DNA of 64,000 nucleotides from Neoechinorhynchus agilis (lineage: Eukaryota; Animalia; Acanthocephala). A model generated the notes under the pieces. It did no database searches, was not told the origin of the DNA, and was given only the letters and a program-made list of their open reading frames with translations. The stretch spans positions 9,526,784-9,590,783 of the forward strand of contig CM121341.1 in assembly GCA_051530055.1 (NCBI GenBank), given 5' to 3'. Positions 22,960 through 36,800 of this stretch are shown here, piece after piece. Made by a program: the position numbers and the translations under genes. Position 1 is the stretch's first letter, and each line of letters starts with the position of its first letter.

Positions 22960-24910
22960 TTATTTTTAAATTTATACTTGGGACGGGGCTGTTGTAATGA
23001 TAAAGAAAAATCTTTATTTCCTAACTTTTGCCGTTCGAAGGCTTTTTGAGGAATTGTAATTTTTCATTGCCGCATTATTGATCAAGTTTTAGGTTTTTAA
23101 ATTTATACTTGGGAAGGGGCTGTTGTAATGATAAAGAAAAATCTTTGCAATCATATCATTAATAACTAATGACTAATGGAGATTTCATAATAATAAAGAA
23201 GTCTTTAGCCGGTATTATTCTCACCGCCATTTAAATTTTTTTCCGAACTTTTGCCGTTCGAAGGCTTCTTGAGGAATTGTAATTTTTCACTGCCGCATTA
23301 TTGATCAAGTTTTAGGTTTTTAAATTTATACTTGAACGAGGGCAGAATAAATAATGACTAATGAAGATTTCAGAATGATAAAGAAGTCTTTAACCGGTAT
23401 TATTCTCACCGCCATTTAAATTTTTTTCGAACTTTTGCCGTTCGAAGGCTTCTTGAGGAATTGTAATTTTTCACTGCCGCATTATTGATCAAGTTTTAGG
23501 TTTTTAAATTTATACTTGGGAAGGGGCTGTTGTAATGATAAAGAAAAATCTTTGCAATCATATCAGGAATAAATAATGACTAATGGAGATTTCATAATAA
23601 TAAAGAAGTCTTTAACCGGTATTATTCTCACCGCCATTTAAATTTTTTTTCGAACTTTTGCCGTTCGAAGGCTTCTTGAGGAATTGTAATTTTTCACTGC
23701 CGCATTATTGATCAAGTTTTAGGTTTTTAAATTTATACTTGGGAAGGGGCTGTTGTAATGATAAAGAAAAATCTTTGCAATCATATCAGGAATAAATAAT
23801 GACTAATGGAGATTTCATAATAATAAAGAAGTCTTTAGCCGGTATTATTCTCACCGCCATTTAAATTTTTTTTCGAACTTTTGCCGTTCGAAGGCTTCTT
23901 GAGGAATTGTAATTTTTCACTGCCGCATTATTGATCAAGTTTTAGGTTTTTAAATTTATACTTGGGAAGGGGCTGTTGTAATGATAAAGAAAAATCTTTG
24001 CAATCATATCAGGAATAAATAATGACTAATGGAGATTTCATAATAATAAAGAAGTCTTTAACCGGTATTATTCTCACCGCCATTTAAATTTTTTTCGAAC
24101 TTTTGCCGTTCGAAGGCTTCTTGAGGAATTGTAATTTTTCACTGCCGCATTATTGATCAAGTTTTAGGTTTTTAAATTTATACTTGAAAGAGGGCAGAAT
24201 AAATAATGACTAATGAAGATTTCAGAATGATAAAGAAGTCTTTAACCGGTATTATTCTCACCGCCATTTAAATTTTTTTCGAACTTTTGCCGTTCGAAGG
24301 CTTTTTGAGGAATTGTAATTTTTCACTGCCGCATTATTGATCAAGTTTTAGGTTTTTAAATTTATACTTGAAAGAGGGCAGAATAAATAATGACTAATGA
24401 AGATTTCAGAATGATAAAGAAGTCTTTAACCGGTATTATTCTCACCGCCATTTAAATTTTTTTCGAACTTTTGCCGTTCGAAGGCTTTTTGAGGAATTGT
24501 AATTTTTCACTGCCGCATTATTGATCAAGTTTTAGGTTTTTAAATTTATACTTGGGAAGGGGCTGTTGTAATGATAAAGAAAAATCTTTGCAATCATATC
24601 AGGAATAAATAATGACTAATGGAGATTTCATAATAATAAAGAAGTCTTTAACCGGTATTATTCTCACCGCCATTTAAATTTTTTTCCGAACTTTTGCCGT
24701 TCGAAGGCTTTTTGAGGAATTGTAATTTTTCACTGCCGCATTATTGATCAAGTTTTAGGTTTTTAAATTTATACTTGAAAGGGGCAGAATAAATAATGAC
24801 TAATGGGGATTTCAGAATGATAAAGAAGTCTTTAGCCGGTATTATTCTCACCGCCATTTAAATTTTTTTCCGAACTTTTGCCGTTCGAAGGCTTTTTGAG
24901 GAATTGTTTG
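22960..24910. repeat. Tandem array B, dimorphic 223/184-bp units, about 10 copies
   Basis: CCGTTCGAAG anchor spacings are 223, 184, 223, 223, 222, 184, 184, 223, 184. Confidence 0.97.
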
Positions 24911-24947
24911 TAATTTTTCAGGTAATATTTCACAATATTAATTTAAG

Positions 24948-25346
24948 ATGCCTTCCGGAAGACGGAACCGCGTAGTTTACTCAAATCCGGATGCCCCAAA
25001 GTTCATTAAAGAATTCAAAGAACGCAGTGGTTATGTAGAACCAAGCACCATCGATGATAAAGTAAGTTGAAACATCGTGTGTAATATTAGTAAAACCGAA
25101 TATTTTTAGCTTCCAACTGAAATGACTGATGACGATTGTCTACCTGAACGCCAAGACGAACTTCCACAGGTTGTATTTAGTGATCCCGACATCATTAAGG
25201 AGTTAAAAGAGCACAATACAAAGACTATTAATGATCGACCTGTGTTCAATATTCCTTTATCAATGAACACTAAGACTGTATCGGGAAAAAAGGAAAGAAT
25301 AAAAATGCACTTGCTATCATTCGCCGACGATGAACAACAAGATTGA
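24948..25346 (+). CDS. KIAA1143: KIAA1143/DUF4604 homolog, two exons (24948-25061, 25110-25346)
   Basis: MPSGRRNRVVYSNPDAPKFIKEFKERSGYVEPSTIDDK, then a 48-nt GT-AG phase-0 intron, then DELPQVV..LLSFADDE. All three family motifs are present. Confidence 0.85.
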
Positions 25347-26413
25347 CCGAGTCTATGAAAAATGTCTTTGATGTGCTTTAATGGCAAATCTGCAATCCAT
25401 ATTGTATTTCATTGCTTGACGTTGGTTCTCATGGACAAGTGACTATCTGTATCACTTTACTTTTAGACCTAATGATTATTGGCTTAATGTGGGCGCCTTA
25501 CTCTAACGTCAACAAAGTAGAAATAACGAAATGTTGATGTGTGAAAAGGAAGGTCAGGGGTATATGATTAAAGAATTATTGTTTAGAAGTCTTCAACCCG
25601 TAAATGTTTAAGTTGTTAAATGGTTACTCTGCCCTCACACCTGGGACATTTTAATCTATAATTTTGGTGAACACACTCCCGGTCATAACCTATTTGATTT
25701 TTATTTATAGGGGAAATATTTCAAAGGAGGTAACCTCGCCACATCAGTCATTGCTTGTAAGTTTTCTATTAAAATCAAATAGGTTGTGACCGGGCGTGTG
25801 CTCACCAAAATTATACTTTGTCTAACCCGAAGGATTTTCTCTGTTGATGATTTTAATCGATGTTGGCGGTTGAGATTTGCCAAATCACGAATATATCATC
25901 TACATATCTTTTGTAGAAAACCGGTTAAATCGCACCACACAAACAAAATCTCTAGGATAATTAAGAACAGCGGTATGCCGATAAAATGAAAATTTTATTC
26001 TCAACCTTTTATGCTGATAGGAAACCTCATTTGCTGGAGAACACAATAAATTTCGACGCTTAGTTAAAGAAGTTTTCTTAATCAAAGAACAGAAACCGGA
26101 GATGAATGACCAACGAGGCTACAAACTCTGTCTTTATGGCTTACAGAATGTAACAATTTAATCAACCATAAGCGCGTACTCGACGAGGCTCAAAACTTTT
26201 TTAATCAAAAAAGATTATTTACAATGTGAAGACTTCTAAACAATAAGTCTAATAAACAAACGAGTTTTGCGATCTTTTTGGTTGCAAGCTTAGATTACGG
26301 GCAATGCGCCACCTTCTCCTATTTCTTTTTGCTTGAATTTTAGCTACACAAAACTTATCGTACTCTTCAATTCCCACCAATGATTTTCGTGTTCTCTTCT
26401 AGACATTCCGAGA

Positions 26414-29192
26414 ATGAAACAAACAAAACTGGAACAATACTTTGGATTCTCAAAGCGTAACAATGTGGATATTGTAGCGGAACAGTCCTCAAAGATTATT
26501 AAGATGGAATCTTCATCCGTAGACGACGCCCATAACTTAATGTTGGGATCTTTCAAATATTGTATAGATTGCATTGACAGTGACGTCTAACTAATCTTTC
26601 TAAGTCTTTAGTGTAGAAAGATTGGTAGTAGAACAAGTTCTTACTAAGCATCGTTCAATCCTCGCCGAAAATGTGTTCAAAATTGCCCAAGAGTATCATA
26701 CAATGCCCGAAAATTCAAAGCTTGTATTCCTGAGATTATTAACACGCCGTGCTCAGTTAATTCGGCGAGATAAAATAAAATATTTGACTGACATGGAAAC
26801 TACAAAATCTTTAGAGGATTTACTTGATCGAAAATTGATTTCCTCTTCAATCGAGAAGATTAATCGTTCACTTTTAAACAGCATGAGTTTATCTGAACTT
26901 CAGATGCTTGCGAAGCGGTACGACGCAATGGAAAGACGGGTGGCAAAAACGAAGAAATCCATAATAGAGTCCATCATTCGATTGATAAATAAGAGATCAT
27001 CCTTTTTAGACCCTTCTCGCTTGGAAGATAAGATTAAGAAGTGGCTAATGGAGAATCGAATGCAAACATTCTCAATAGGAAACGACATTCGTATTCAATT
27101 TTCTACTATTTTGATTTGCGCAAATCCTTCACTAATTAAAGGATTCCTTTGCTCCCAACAACTTAAAGATCACTTATGTTCTCAATTGCTTCAAAGAAGG
27201 TTCAATTCAATTTCAAATACATCATTTTGTAGGCACACTCTTGAGAATTATCCGTTTAAGTGTCCGGACGACTTAGCGTGTTGTGTTAGAAGTGTGGAAT
27301 TCGCGTTTTGTGTAGCGAAACTTCAAATGGATAAGCAAGACGTCGAGGTTGTAAGAATTATCACCGAAGATTTGAGCTATTGGAAGAACGTTATTTCACA
27401 ATTGAACACTGGTTCTAAGGTAAAATACACTGGCGCATATATTGCATCCAAATCGTTGATTCACGGGATTGAGAGTTTTGAAAGGATGAAGAAGTACGGG
27501 GAGGCCTGTGACATTTTGAGGTTTCTAATTGAAACGAATTTAGTAAGGAAACGTCTAGGAAGATTATGGCACCGATTATGTCTCAATGAGCACGTTCATC
27601 TGAAACAGGATCTAAATAAGGTTGAAGAAATGATAAAAACTGCATTAGAACACGAAGGAGTTGTTCTGGGTGATCGATTATTGCTCAGATATCGATTGGA
27701 TCGACTTCACAAATGCGAAGTGAAAGACATGCTAAGTGAGAAGGTTCACACGGTGCTTATTGAAGCTCCCGTTTCAACTAAAACAGGGACTGCCAATCCA
27801 AATCAGCGGACTAGTCAGGAATTGCGGAATGTGTTTATAAACCATGACAATCTTAAGGGTGCCATTTCTTACTCTCGAGTTGAACAATTTGCTCTATGGA
27901 CGTCGAGTCTTATAACCATATTTTTTCTAATGGAGCTTTTAACGAATAGATATAAAGACTTAATGGAGGATCTTTCTTGAAACCTTACCTATAACAGATT
28001 ACGTCCGATGAAGCTTTTTTACCCGCCAGGTTTTATATTCCCCTCTAAGCTTGGGTTTTTTGATTTAAGTGTATCTTGTGTAGCTCGTCCGCGATCTTTT
28101 CGTTTATATCAATCACCTGAAAGATTCACGCGAAATCAACTATAACCTGCTTGATCGACTTTTGGAGAAACGGGATTTTAGAGAAAATCATTGCCATTTC
28201 TGGGCGAATCACTTTGCTGGGCCCAAAGGGATGCAAAAGCTCCTTCCCATCGGAGAGACAGAATTATTTTTGCAAAAAGAATGCTCCTAGTCTCGGTTCG
28301 CCAGTTTGGACAATCGATTGATCAGGTTCTGCGGATTTGGTCTTTTTGCGATGCAGCGATGATAAATGAAATATTACTCTGGACCAAATTTGGCGTATTA
28401 TTAAAGCAGGCATTGCTGAAATAAAAAATGAGGAATTAAATTCCGGTTAACGTTCGTTATTTATCTTGCCATCAAAAGCCGAGCGATTCCAAAAATTTGA
28501 CTATATTAATTTGGTTAGTCATTTTCTTTAGAAAAAAATAAGATTCTTTGATAAAACTCGGCGCGATCGAATATTACATCAAAAATGGATATACTGGTGG
28601 CATTCACGCAGAAGGACAAATTCTTTGTCTTTTATTTGGTCTGTATTTCATTGACATCATCTATGCTGATCTGTCGCCATCTATGTTCTTCGATCACCTT
28701 CAACTAATTCCAATGGATTTCGGAACTATGGATTTCGTAACAAACAGACAAGATCTTATTGATCGAAGATTATCACTCTTTGGTATTTCATCAAACCATG
28801 ATTGGCTCTGTGTCTTCAAGGAAAACATTCAAAAGTACAGAGAAACGAAATGCGGTTTTATAGATTGGGACCTTTTGGATGACGACAAATCGCTTCAGAT
28901 CGACGAAATCCTTGATTGTTTTCAAGGACCTCAACTGAAACAAGTTTTTCAGCACATTTTATTTCATGAGATGCATTGCTTTAGTGGAGTACCTGATTTG
29001 CTTCTTTGGGATAAATGTGAAAAACGGGTGAAGTTCGTCGAAGTGAAAGGACCTGGAGACAAATTATCCGCTAACCAAATCGCATGGATGGAGGTTCTTA
29101 TGGACGCTGGTGTTGAATGCGAAGTTCTTAGAGTAAACACAAAAACAAAGTCTATAAGAACGAAAAAATCGAATGATGGTTTTTCTATTTAA
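26414..29192 (+). CDS. FAN1: Fanconi-associated nuclease 1 (VRR-NUC), at least three exons
   Basis: KLVFLRLLTRR..KIKY, EACDILRFLI, RLGRLWHRL..HVHLK, GYTGGIHAEG, SGVPDLLLWD and FVEVKGPGDKLSANQIAW (PD-E-x-K nuclease). The first exon from ATG 26414 is not in the ORF track. Internal splice sites are approximate. Confidence 0.9.
28225..28332 (+). mobile_element. tRNA-derived SINE-like element, copy 2 (in FAN1 intron)
   Basis: GATGCAAAAG..GAATGCTCCTAGTCTCGGTTCGCCAGT..GGACAATCGATTGATCAGGT matches the other two copies and keeps the B-box GGTTCG. Confidence 0.45.
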
Positions 29193-29330
29193 ATAGGAGA
29201 ACTGTTTTTTATATTTGATCAGAACATTTTTAGATTGTTATTTAACTTTGGCTATTTACGCGGTTGATACATTTTCTATTTCTGAGTCCTGCAAAACACG
29301 TAAAATTGTCTAAGTGTTTTATTCCCACCT

Positions 29331-30280
29331 GAAGAAGGAGCAAAAAATCCGAGTGGTTCAAAATACATTTGTTTTAACCGATTAACTTGCTAAAAGACAA
29401 TCGAAAAAAGAAAACAAGCGGCTGAGAAATCAGTCGGCAATCCGATAAACTGATCACGATGCAGTCGGGAGAGAAAAACCCATTTTCGTCGACACGAAGA
29501 AGGAGCAAAAAATCCGAGTGGTTCAAAATACATTTGTTTTAACCGATTAACTTGCTAAAAGACAATCGAAAAAAGAAAACAAGCGGCTGAGAAATCAGTC
29601 GGCAATCCGATAAACTGATCACGATGCAGTCGGGAGAGAAAAACCCATTTTCGTCGACACGAAGAAGGAGCAAAAAATCCGAGTGGTTCAAAATACATTT
29701 GTTTTAACCGATTAACTTGCTAAAAGACAATCGAAAAAAGAAAACAAGCGGCTGAGAAATCAGTCGGCAATCCGATAAACTGATCACGATGCAGTCGGGA
29801 GAGAAAAACCCATTTTCGTCGACACGAAGAAGGAGCAAAAAATCCGAGTGGTTCAAAATACATTTGTTTTAACCGATTAACTTGCTAAAAGACAATCGAA
29901 AAAAGAAAACAAGCGGCTGAGAAATCAGTCGGCAATCCGATAAACTGATCACGATGCAGTCGGGAGAGAAAAACCCATTTTCGTCGACACGAAGAAGGAG
30001 CAAAAATTCTGAGTGGTTCAAAATACATTTGTTTTAGCCGATTAACTTGCTGAAGGACAATCGAAAAAAGAAAACAAGCGGTTGAGAAATCAGTCGGCAA
30101 TCCGATAAACTGATCACGATGCAGTCGGGAGAGAAAAACCCATTTTCGTCGACATGAAGAAGGAGCAAAAAATCCGAGTGGTTCAAAATACATTTGTTTT
30201 AACCGATTAACTTGCTGAAGGACAATCGAAAAAAGAAAACAAGTAGTTGAGAAATCAATCGACAATAAGCGAACTGATCA
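29331..30280. repeat. Tandem array C, 165-bp unit, about 5.8 copies
   Basis: GAAGAAGGAGC recurs at 29331, 29496, 29661, 29826, 29991 and 30156. Confidence 0.97.
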
Positions 30281-30840
30281 TTGTAATCCTTTTCTCGATT
30301 TACAGATCAAAGCGGTAACTAATTTGTAACAAAACTGATTTGGGCTTTTTGTTCGCTTCGTAGAATTTCATTTAGCAAGTAATTTTTATGCAATTAGAGC
30401 CAATAGGAGTTTTTATTTTGAATCGCTATGCCTGATCACGTGGATCGTAAATCGAAATTTAAATTTCAAACCAAAGAATGTCATTCGAGTAAGAAAATCT
30501 CGCAAAAAGACTGGAATTTTTGAAATCAAAGCGACTATCGCTTAACAGAGCTTAGCAAGAGCGTTTATCTATAAACTTCGTAGGTGTGGGAAATCATTCA
30601 ATTTAAAGAATTGGCCAGTTGAGGTTACGTTGACAATAAAATCGCACGGCAAAGGAATTTTAAGTGTATGAAACAGCAATTTTCAGCTAAAATAAAGGCA
30701 GTAGAATATTAAATTCAGATCGTAAATCGTAGATTAGTCCTGTGTTAAGTTTACTCCTGCACTCTTAGTTGAAAATAAAACGATCACATTGTTTTTTTTG
30801 AAGATTACAAAAAATCAGGTTTGTTTCAATAGGAAGGTGA

Positions 30841-33800
30841 TTATTGAAAGCGAGTTGATTTTTTAACTGACTCAATTTGCTTTCTAAAATTTTCGTTTAG
30901 CAAATCTAAACCACATATCAGGCATTGATCGTTGCGTGCTAAGCAACTCTCATGATATAAATGCCTACAGAGGGGAAAGAGGATAGTACCACGATCCACC
31001 TGCTCATGACACTTTGAACATCTCATTTGATCACCGATGCTAAATTCAGCCGCCAAACGTATCCCACTTCTATTTTCGCTCAGTGAGTCAATGTTCCTCA
31101 AGCGATCTTTGGCCTCTTCCAGTTTAGCGTTTTCGATTTTTATCATCTCATTGCATTTACTCAATCCGAACTTCATGAGACTGACGATGAAGTGCTCAAG
31201 CTTTAAATTGGGGAAATTGTTACTGATCATGATTAGAACCGATTTTATGCTGTCCACGTTCATTGACGCCATCATGTTGGTTCCATCGGTTTCATTGCAT
31301 TCCGCCGTTAGACGTTTATTAAGCAAATCTATCATGTCATCTTTTATCATCTTTTCCACTAAAACAAATTAAAAAACATAACAAAAAAAGAAATACTCAC
31401 AAACTGATGCCCAGAGTTCGGCCGGTAAATCCTCTGATCTGCTAATCAACATATTCAAGGCCTTGGTTGCATCGAACTATACATGTTGTTCAATTATTAG
31501 TTTCGCGACTTCTAACGAAATTATTATTCTCGGAAATTGCAACTTGACCTATTTCTTTAACCTTCATTTCTATATTTCGTCGTAAAAAATATTCTTGAAC
31601 TTTTATATTGTCATTTAATTCGCTTCTACAAACATACGGAAAATTAAACGAAATAAAAAAATTTAGAATTTTTAACAAAAATTAAACACGCTAAATGTAA
31701 CTATTTTTTGCTGTAAAAACGTCTGAATAGCTTTACATTGATTTTTTTACTTTTCTAAATTAAATTAATTTGTTAGAAAGCTCTGAAATTTTCGACGGAC
31801 GAGTATTTCAGCGTCGAAATAAAGCGTTGAGTCGAACTAAAATTAAACTGTAATTTCTTGTGTTTGGACATAAACGCTGAAGGAAACGCAAATTTACAAT
31901 TCCAGTTATGCACAAAAAAAGCTTAAAAAATAAAAGCCTTACTTGCATTCAAAAACACACTTAAAGAGACGACTAAAAATAAGGATTTTGCCGTAACCAA
32001 CAGACCGGCTAAGCAATTAATTTAAACAAAAAATCCCTGATTTAATTCCACGTTGGACAATTCCGACATTCTATAAAGATTGGTCATTGTTTGCCGATGT
32101 GAAATATCGGGGAAATAAATCATCGGTGAATTTTTGAATCCGAGGGGTGGCAAAACTAAGAAAAAGAAAGCATCTTTTCCCCCTGAAGATAATCAAGACA
32201 TAAAACGGTTATTTTCTTTTGGTAGTTTTGAAACCCCGGATTAAAGATTCGACCTGAAATATCGGGGAAATAAATCACCGGTGAATTTTTGAATCCTGGG
32301 TGAGGTGTGGCAAAACTAAGAAAAAGAAAGTATCTTTTTCCCCTGAAGATAATAATCCAAGACAACAATCTGAAACATTTAACCAACCCATTTCTCACCT
32401 GATGCATCGTCACAATCGCTTTCTTCATCATTCCCAAATCCATGTAGACTTTATTCCAGAGATTTCTCAAAAAAAATCCACAGAAAAATGTCTGGATCAC
32501 AGAGCTCATTATGAAGATTATGATCGGACAGCAATCGGATTAAAAGCAATCGATTGCAGAAACTCGTTTTCTATAATTCGCACCTTCACTAACGACTAAA
32601 TTGAATACAATACTTACGAATTTTTGTAGGTAAGCTTCGATGCGATTCGGACGATGTTTCACATAAAGTGCCAAAAGAAGGTTATGGACGTCTTCTAGAG
32701 GCTCATTCAGTTCATAAATACAGAACTCCAAATAGTCGATCAGTGCATTGATGATATGGGCGTTAGAATGCTTTTGTCTCAATGTCAATACGATTAATCG
32801 AGGTAGGACTTGACGGATGTCGAAGAATGGACCCATGTCTCGCCAAGAAGTCAGGATGGATTCGTAGTCGTGGGGAAGGAGGGTGCAGGCGTATTTGTAA
32901 TGGAGTCGGGAATCGGCCTTTTCATTTACGACTAAAATTCATCGATAAAAGCTTTCTACATTACCTGATCGCATAAGATTTGAGTCGCTGATTGGAGATC
33001 CGATTTACAAATAAGAAGGTTTATAGCACTGTCGAAATCTAAAGCATTCGGTTGTAGTCATAAGAAGTTTCGATTCTTAGCTTAAGATTTAAAAGCTCTA
33101 AAATACGGTTAAATTCCTATGGAAATACCTTACTGGTAGACGACTTGAAAGCGGATTGATATATAAAAACAACAAAAACACGTTTTATTTGTTACTTTTC
33201 AATTTCTAGATTTTATTTTAAGCCATAAGATCGTTCACACCACCGCCTTTGCGGATTACTAAGCTACCGCCCTGGTGTAACGGTCAACCTCCATTATGTT
33301 TAAAAAAGGGTATAAATTCAATATTGGCCTCTAATAATAACGCATCACGATAAGACGACTCTTGTATGGCCCAAAAAATAAATTTATCGAATCTTATATT
33401 TCAGCGTACAATCTTGTGTCTTTATCAGTTTTCTTCTCTATACGGCAAGAATTTCGCTCCTCGAGATTTATTTACACGCAGCTCTCGAGGAGAACAAAAA
33501 ACTCGCCGTATTTGGAGAAAATGAATTGAACCCCTCGAAGGAAAAACTCGATCGTATCAAGGTTATTCAATCAACAAACAACTTTTTGATAAACGCGTAC
33601 AAGATTGTGTGCCAAAAAATTTAGAAATTATAAGTACGGACATTATTGTTGTGAAAAGGTTTCAATAAATGCTTTGTCTCACCTCCATTCGCTTTTGAGT
33701 ACTCAATTGCAACTTCATCCAAGTCATTTCGGACAAGTATTTCCAGAATAGAAGAATAATGTCTCTTTTTGATTTCCTAAATGTTCTAATAAATAGAAGC

Positions 33801-36800
33801 AGAAACCGAATTTCCGCTACTTTATGATGCTCATCGTAGATTAGAAAACGTCTAAGGTCTTTGAGCAGATCCGTAGTTCGATCTGCTTGAACTTCGTCAA
33901 CAATTTCAGCGACCATCGATTTAACGCTATGTACCATTAAAACATCGGCTACTTCCACGGACGTCTTTTACAATAAATTTTTTATTAGTAAATGAATACG
34001 AGAACTCTCACCTTCATTTTCTCAATAAGAAATAAGTTAAGGAATTTCAAGGACTTGAGACTTAGCAGTTTGCGGTAAATCTCTCCGATCTATGGAAACG
34101 CATAGAATTTTCAAAAAAAAGGTAACCAACGAACATTGGTCAATTTGTAACACTGAGCGTATAATTTTACACTTTCCTCTATTCTATTTTAACGAAATTC
34201 TGAGCTTAAAATACCTTTAAGGAAAGCAATACCTGCCATCTTTAAAGAGGTGATCGGCTTTCCGTTTTAAGCAATAATTCAATCTTTCTTCATTGTCCTA
34301 AAAGTGTACTTCAGATCTTAAAAAACCATTTACGAGAAGACAGACCTCACATGCATTTATAGCCTCATCGAATAAGTTTTGATCAAGAAGTTCCCTATAA
34401 ACGTATTTGCACTCATCAATGATTTTAAATCGATATACGCTAGTCTGCGAATGCGCCCACAGTACACCTTTGATTACGTCTTTTACTAAGCCTCGTGGAT
34501 GTGGCTACAATAACGTCTTGAGGCTATTAGACAAATGGAAAATAACCTCATCGATATAGTATCTTTGGATGCACTTTTGAGCGATCAGATCAATGATGAA
34601 CACTGTTCCCTCGGAGTTCAACACAACACAGTGGTATTGCGTTAAGGCGCATTTGACCAAACTTTCCGGCTTGCAATCCTCAGGATATCTAGTCAAATCT
34701 TTTTTAAATAATCCAATAAAGTCTTTTTAAACAAACTTCACTATCTTTCCATTCAACATCCGAATGTCATCGCCTTCTTCGTCCAAGCTAATTGATGCAG
34801 CATATAATCCGAATCCTTCGAATTAAAAAGCAACAAAAAATTTAACCGGGAAATTTCACCTGCCATCCAAACAAGACGTGTATCACCGTGTGATTGCAAT
34901 ACATTGATCCTTCCGTTTAAGAAACTCTCAGGAAATTCCTTGAAATTACTTATTACTGTAAATGAAGGGTTTTAGAAGATTAAAAATGACACAGCAAGTA
35001 CCTTCGGTTTTATATCGATCGAACAGCTTTGAGAGCTCGAAATCAGCGTCAATCATCGTAGAAGACAGTACAAATCTATACAGTCGTCTAAATACCAGAG
35101 AAACATAACGTATTATTAAAAATTTGATCAAGAAAAAGAGTTGGAGAGATGTATGGTGATCACGAAATGGCTCATGATGCTTCCTCGCGAAATACTTCGA
35201 TCTTGCAACTATTAAAGATTTATCTCAAAAGGGGCCAAAGAGATAATATTTTAAATCGAGCCAAAATACCCCTTTAAAACATTATTTAGCAATAAGAAAG
35301 GCCTTGCAAATTGGTGATTTTCGATCTAAAGGGCATTGGATAGAACCAAAATAATCTCGAAATGAACCTTTGTTTATCATAAAAACTGTTTACTGAAATA
35401 TCCCGAATTATGATCACCACAATCTTATTTCGAGAATAATTTTGTTTGCTCATTCAAAATATTATTCTCAATTGCGAATTGTTACACACTCGAGTTGAGG
35501 CCTTGAAGATTCGCAATGAAGATTTCAATAATAAAACTCGAATGTGTTACAATTCGCCATTGAGAATACACATCCATTCGAAGGAACAATCGAATAGAAC
35601 TAAAATATTCTCGAAATGAACTTTTGTTTATCATAAAATTTGTTTACTGAAATATCCCGAATAATGATCACCACAATCTTATTTCGAGAATAATTTTGTT
35701 TGCCCATTCAAAATATTATTCTCAATGGCGAATTGTTTCGAACTCGAGCTGAGGCCTTGAAAATTCGCAATGAAGAGTTTAATAATAAAACTCGAGCAGT
35801 GTAACAATTCGCCATTGAGAATACACATCCATTCGAAGGAACAATTGAATAGAATCAAAATATTCTCGAAATGAACTTCTGTTTATCATAAAATTTGTTT
35901 ACTGAAATATCCCGAATTATGATCACCACAATCTTATTTCGAGAATAATTTTGTTTACTCATTCAAAATATTATTCTCAATGGCGAATTGTTACACACTC
36001 GAGCTGAGGCCTTGAAAATTCGCAATGAAGAGTTATAATAAAACTCGAGCAGTGTAACAATTCGCCATTGAGAATACACATCCATTCGAAGGAACAATTG
36101 AATAGAATTAAAATATTCTCGAAATGAACTTCTGTTTATCATAAAATTTGTTTACTGAAATATCCCGAATTATGATCACCACAATCTTATTTCGAGAATA
36201 ATTTTGTTTGCTCATTCAAAATATTATTCTCAATGGCGAATTGTTACACACTCGAGCTGAGGCCTTGAAGATTCGCAATGAAGAGTTCAATAATAAAACT
36301 CGAGCAGTGTAACAATTCGCCATTGAGAATACACATCCATTCGAAGGAACAATTGAATAGAATTAAAATATTCTCGAAATGAACTTTTGTTTATCATAAA
36401 ATTTGTTTACTGAAATATCCCGAATTATGATCACCACAATCTTATTTCGAGAATAATTTTGTTTACTCATTCAAAATATTATTCTCAATGGCGAATTGTT
36501 ACACACTCGAGCTGAGGCCTTGAAAATTCGCAATGAAGAGTTCAATAATAAAACTCGAGCAGTGTAACAATTCGCCATTGAGAATACACATCCATTCGAA
36601 GGAACAATTGAATAGAATTAAAATATTATCGAAATGAACTTTTGTTTATCATAAAATTTGTTTACTGAAATATCCCGAATTATGATCACCACAATCTTAT
36701 TTCGAGAATAATTTTGTTTACTCATTCAAAATATTATTCTCAATGGCGAATTGTTACACACTCGAGCTGAGGCCTTGAAGATTCGCAATGAAGATTTCAA

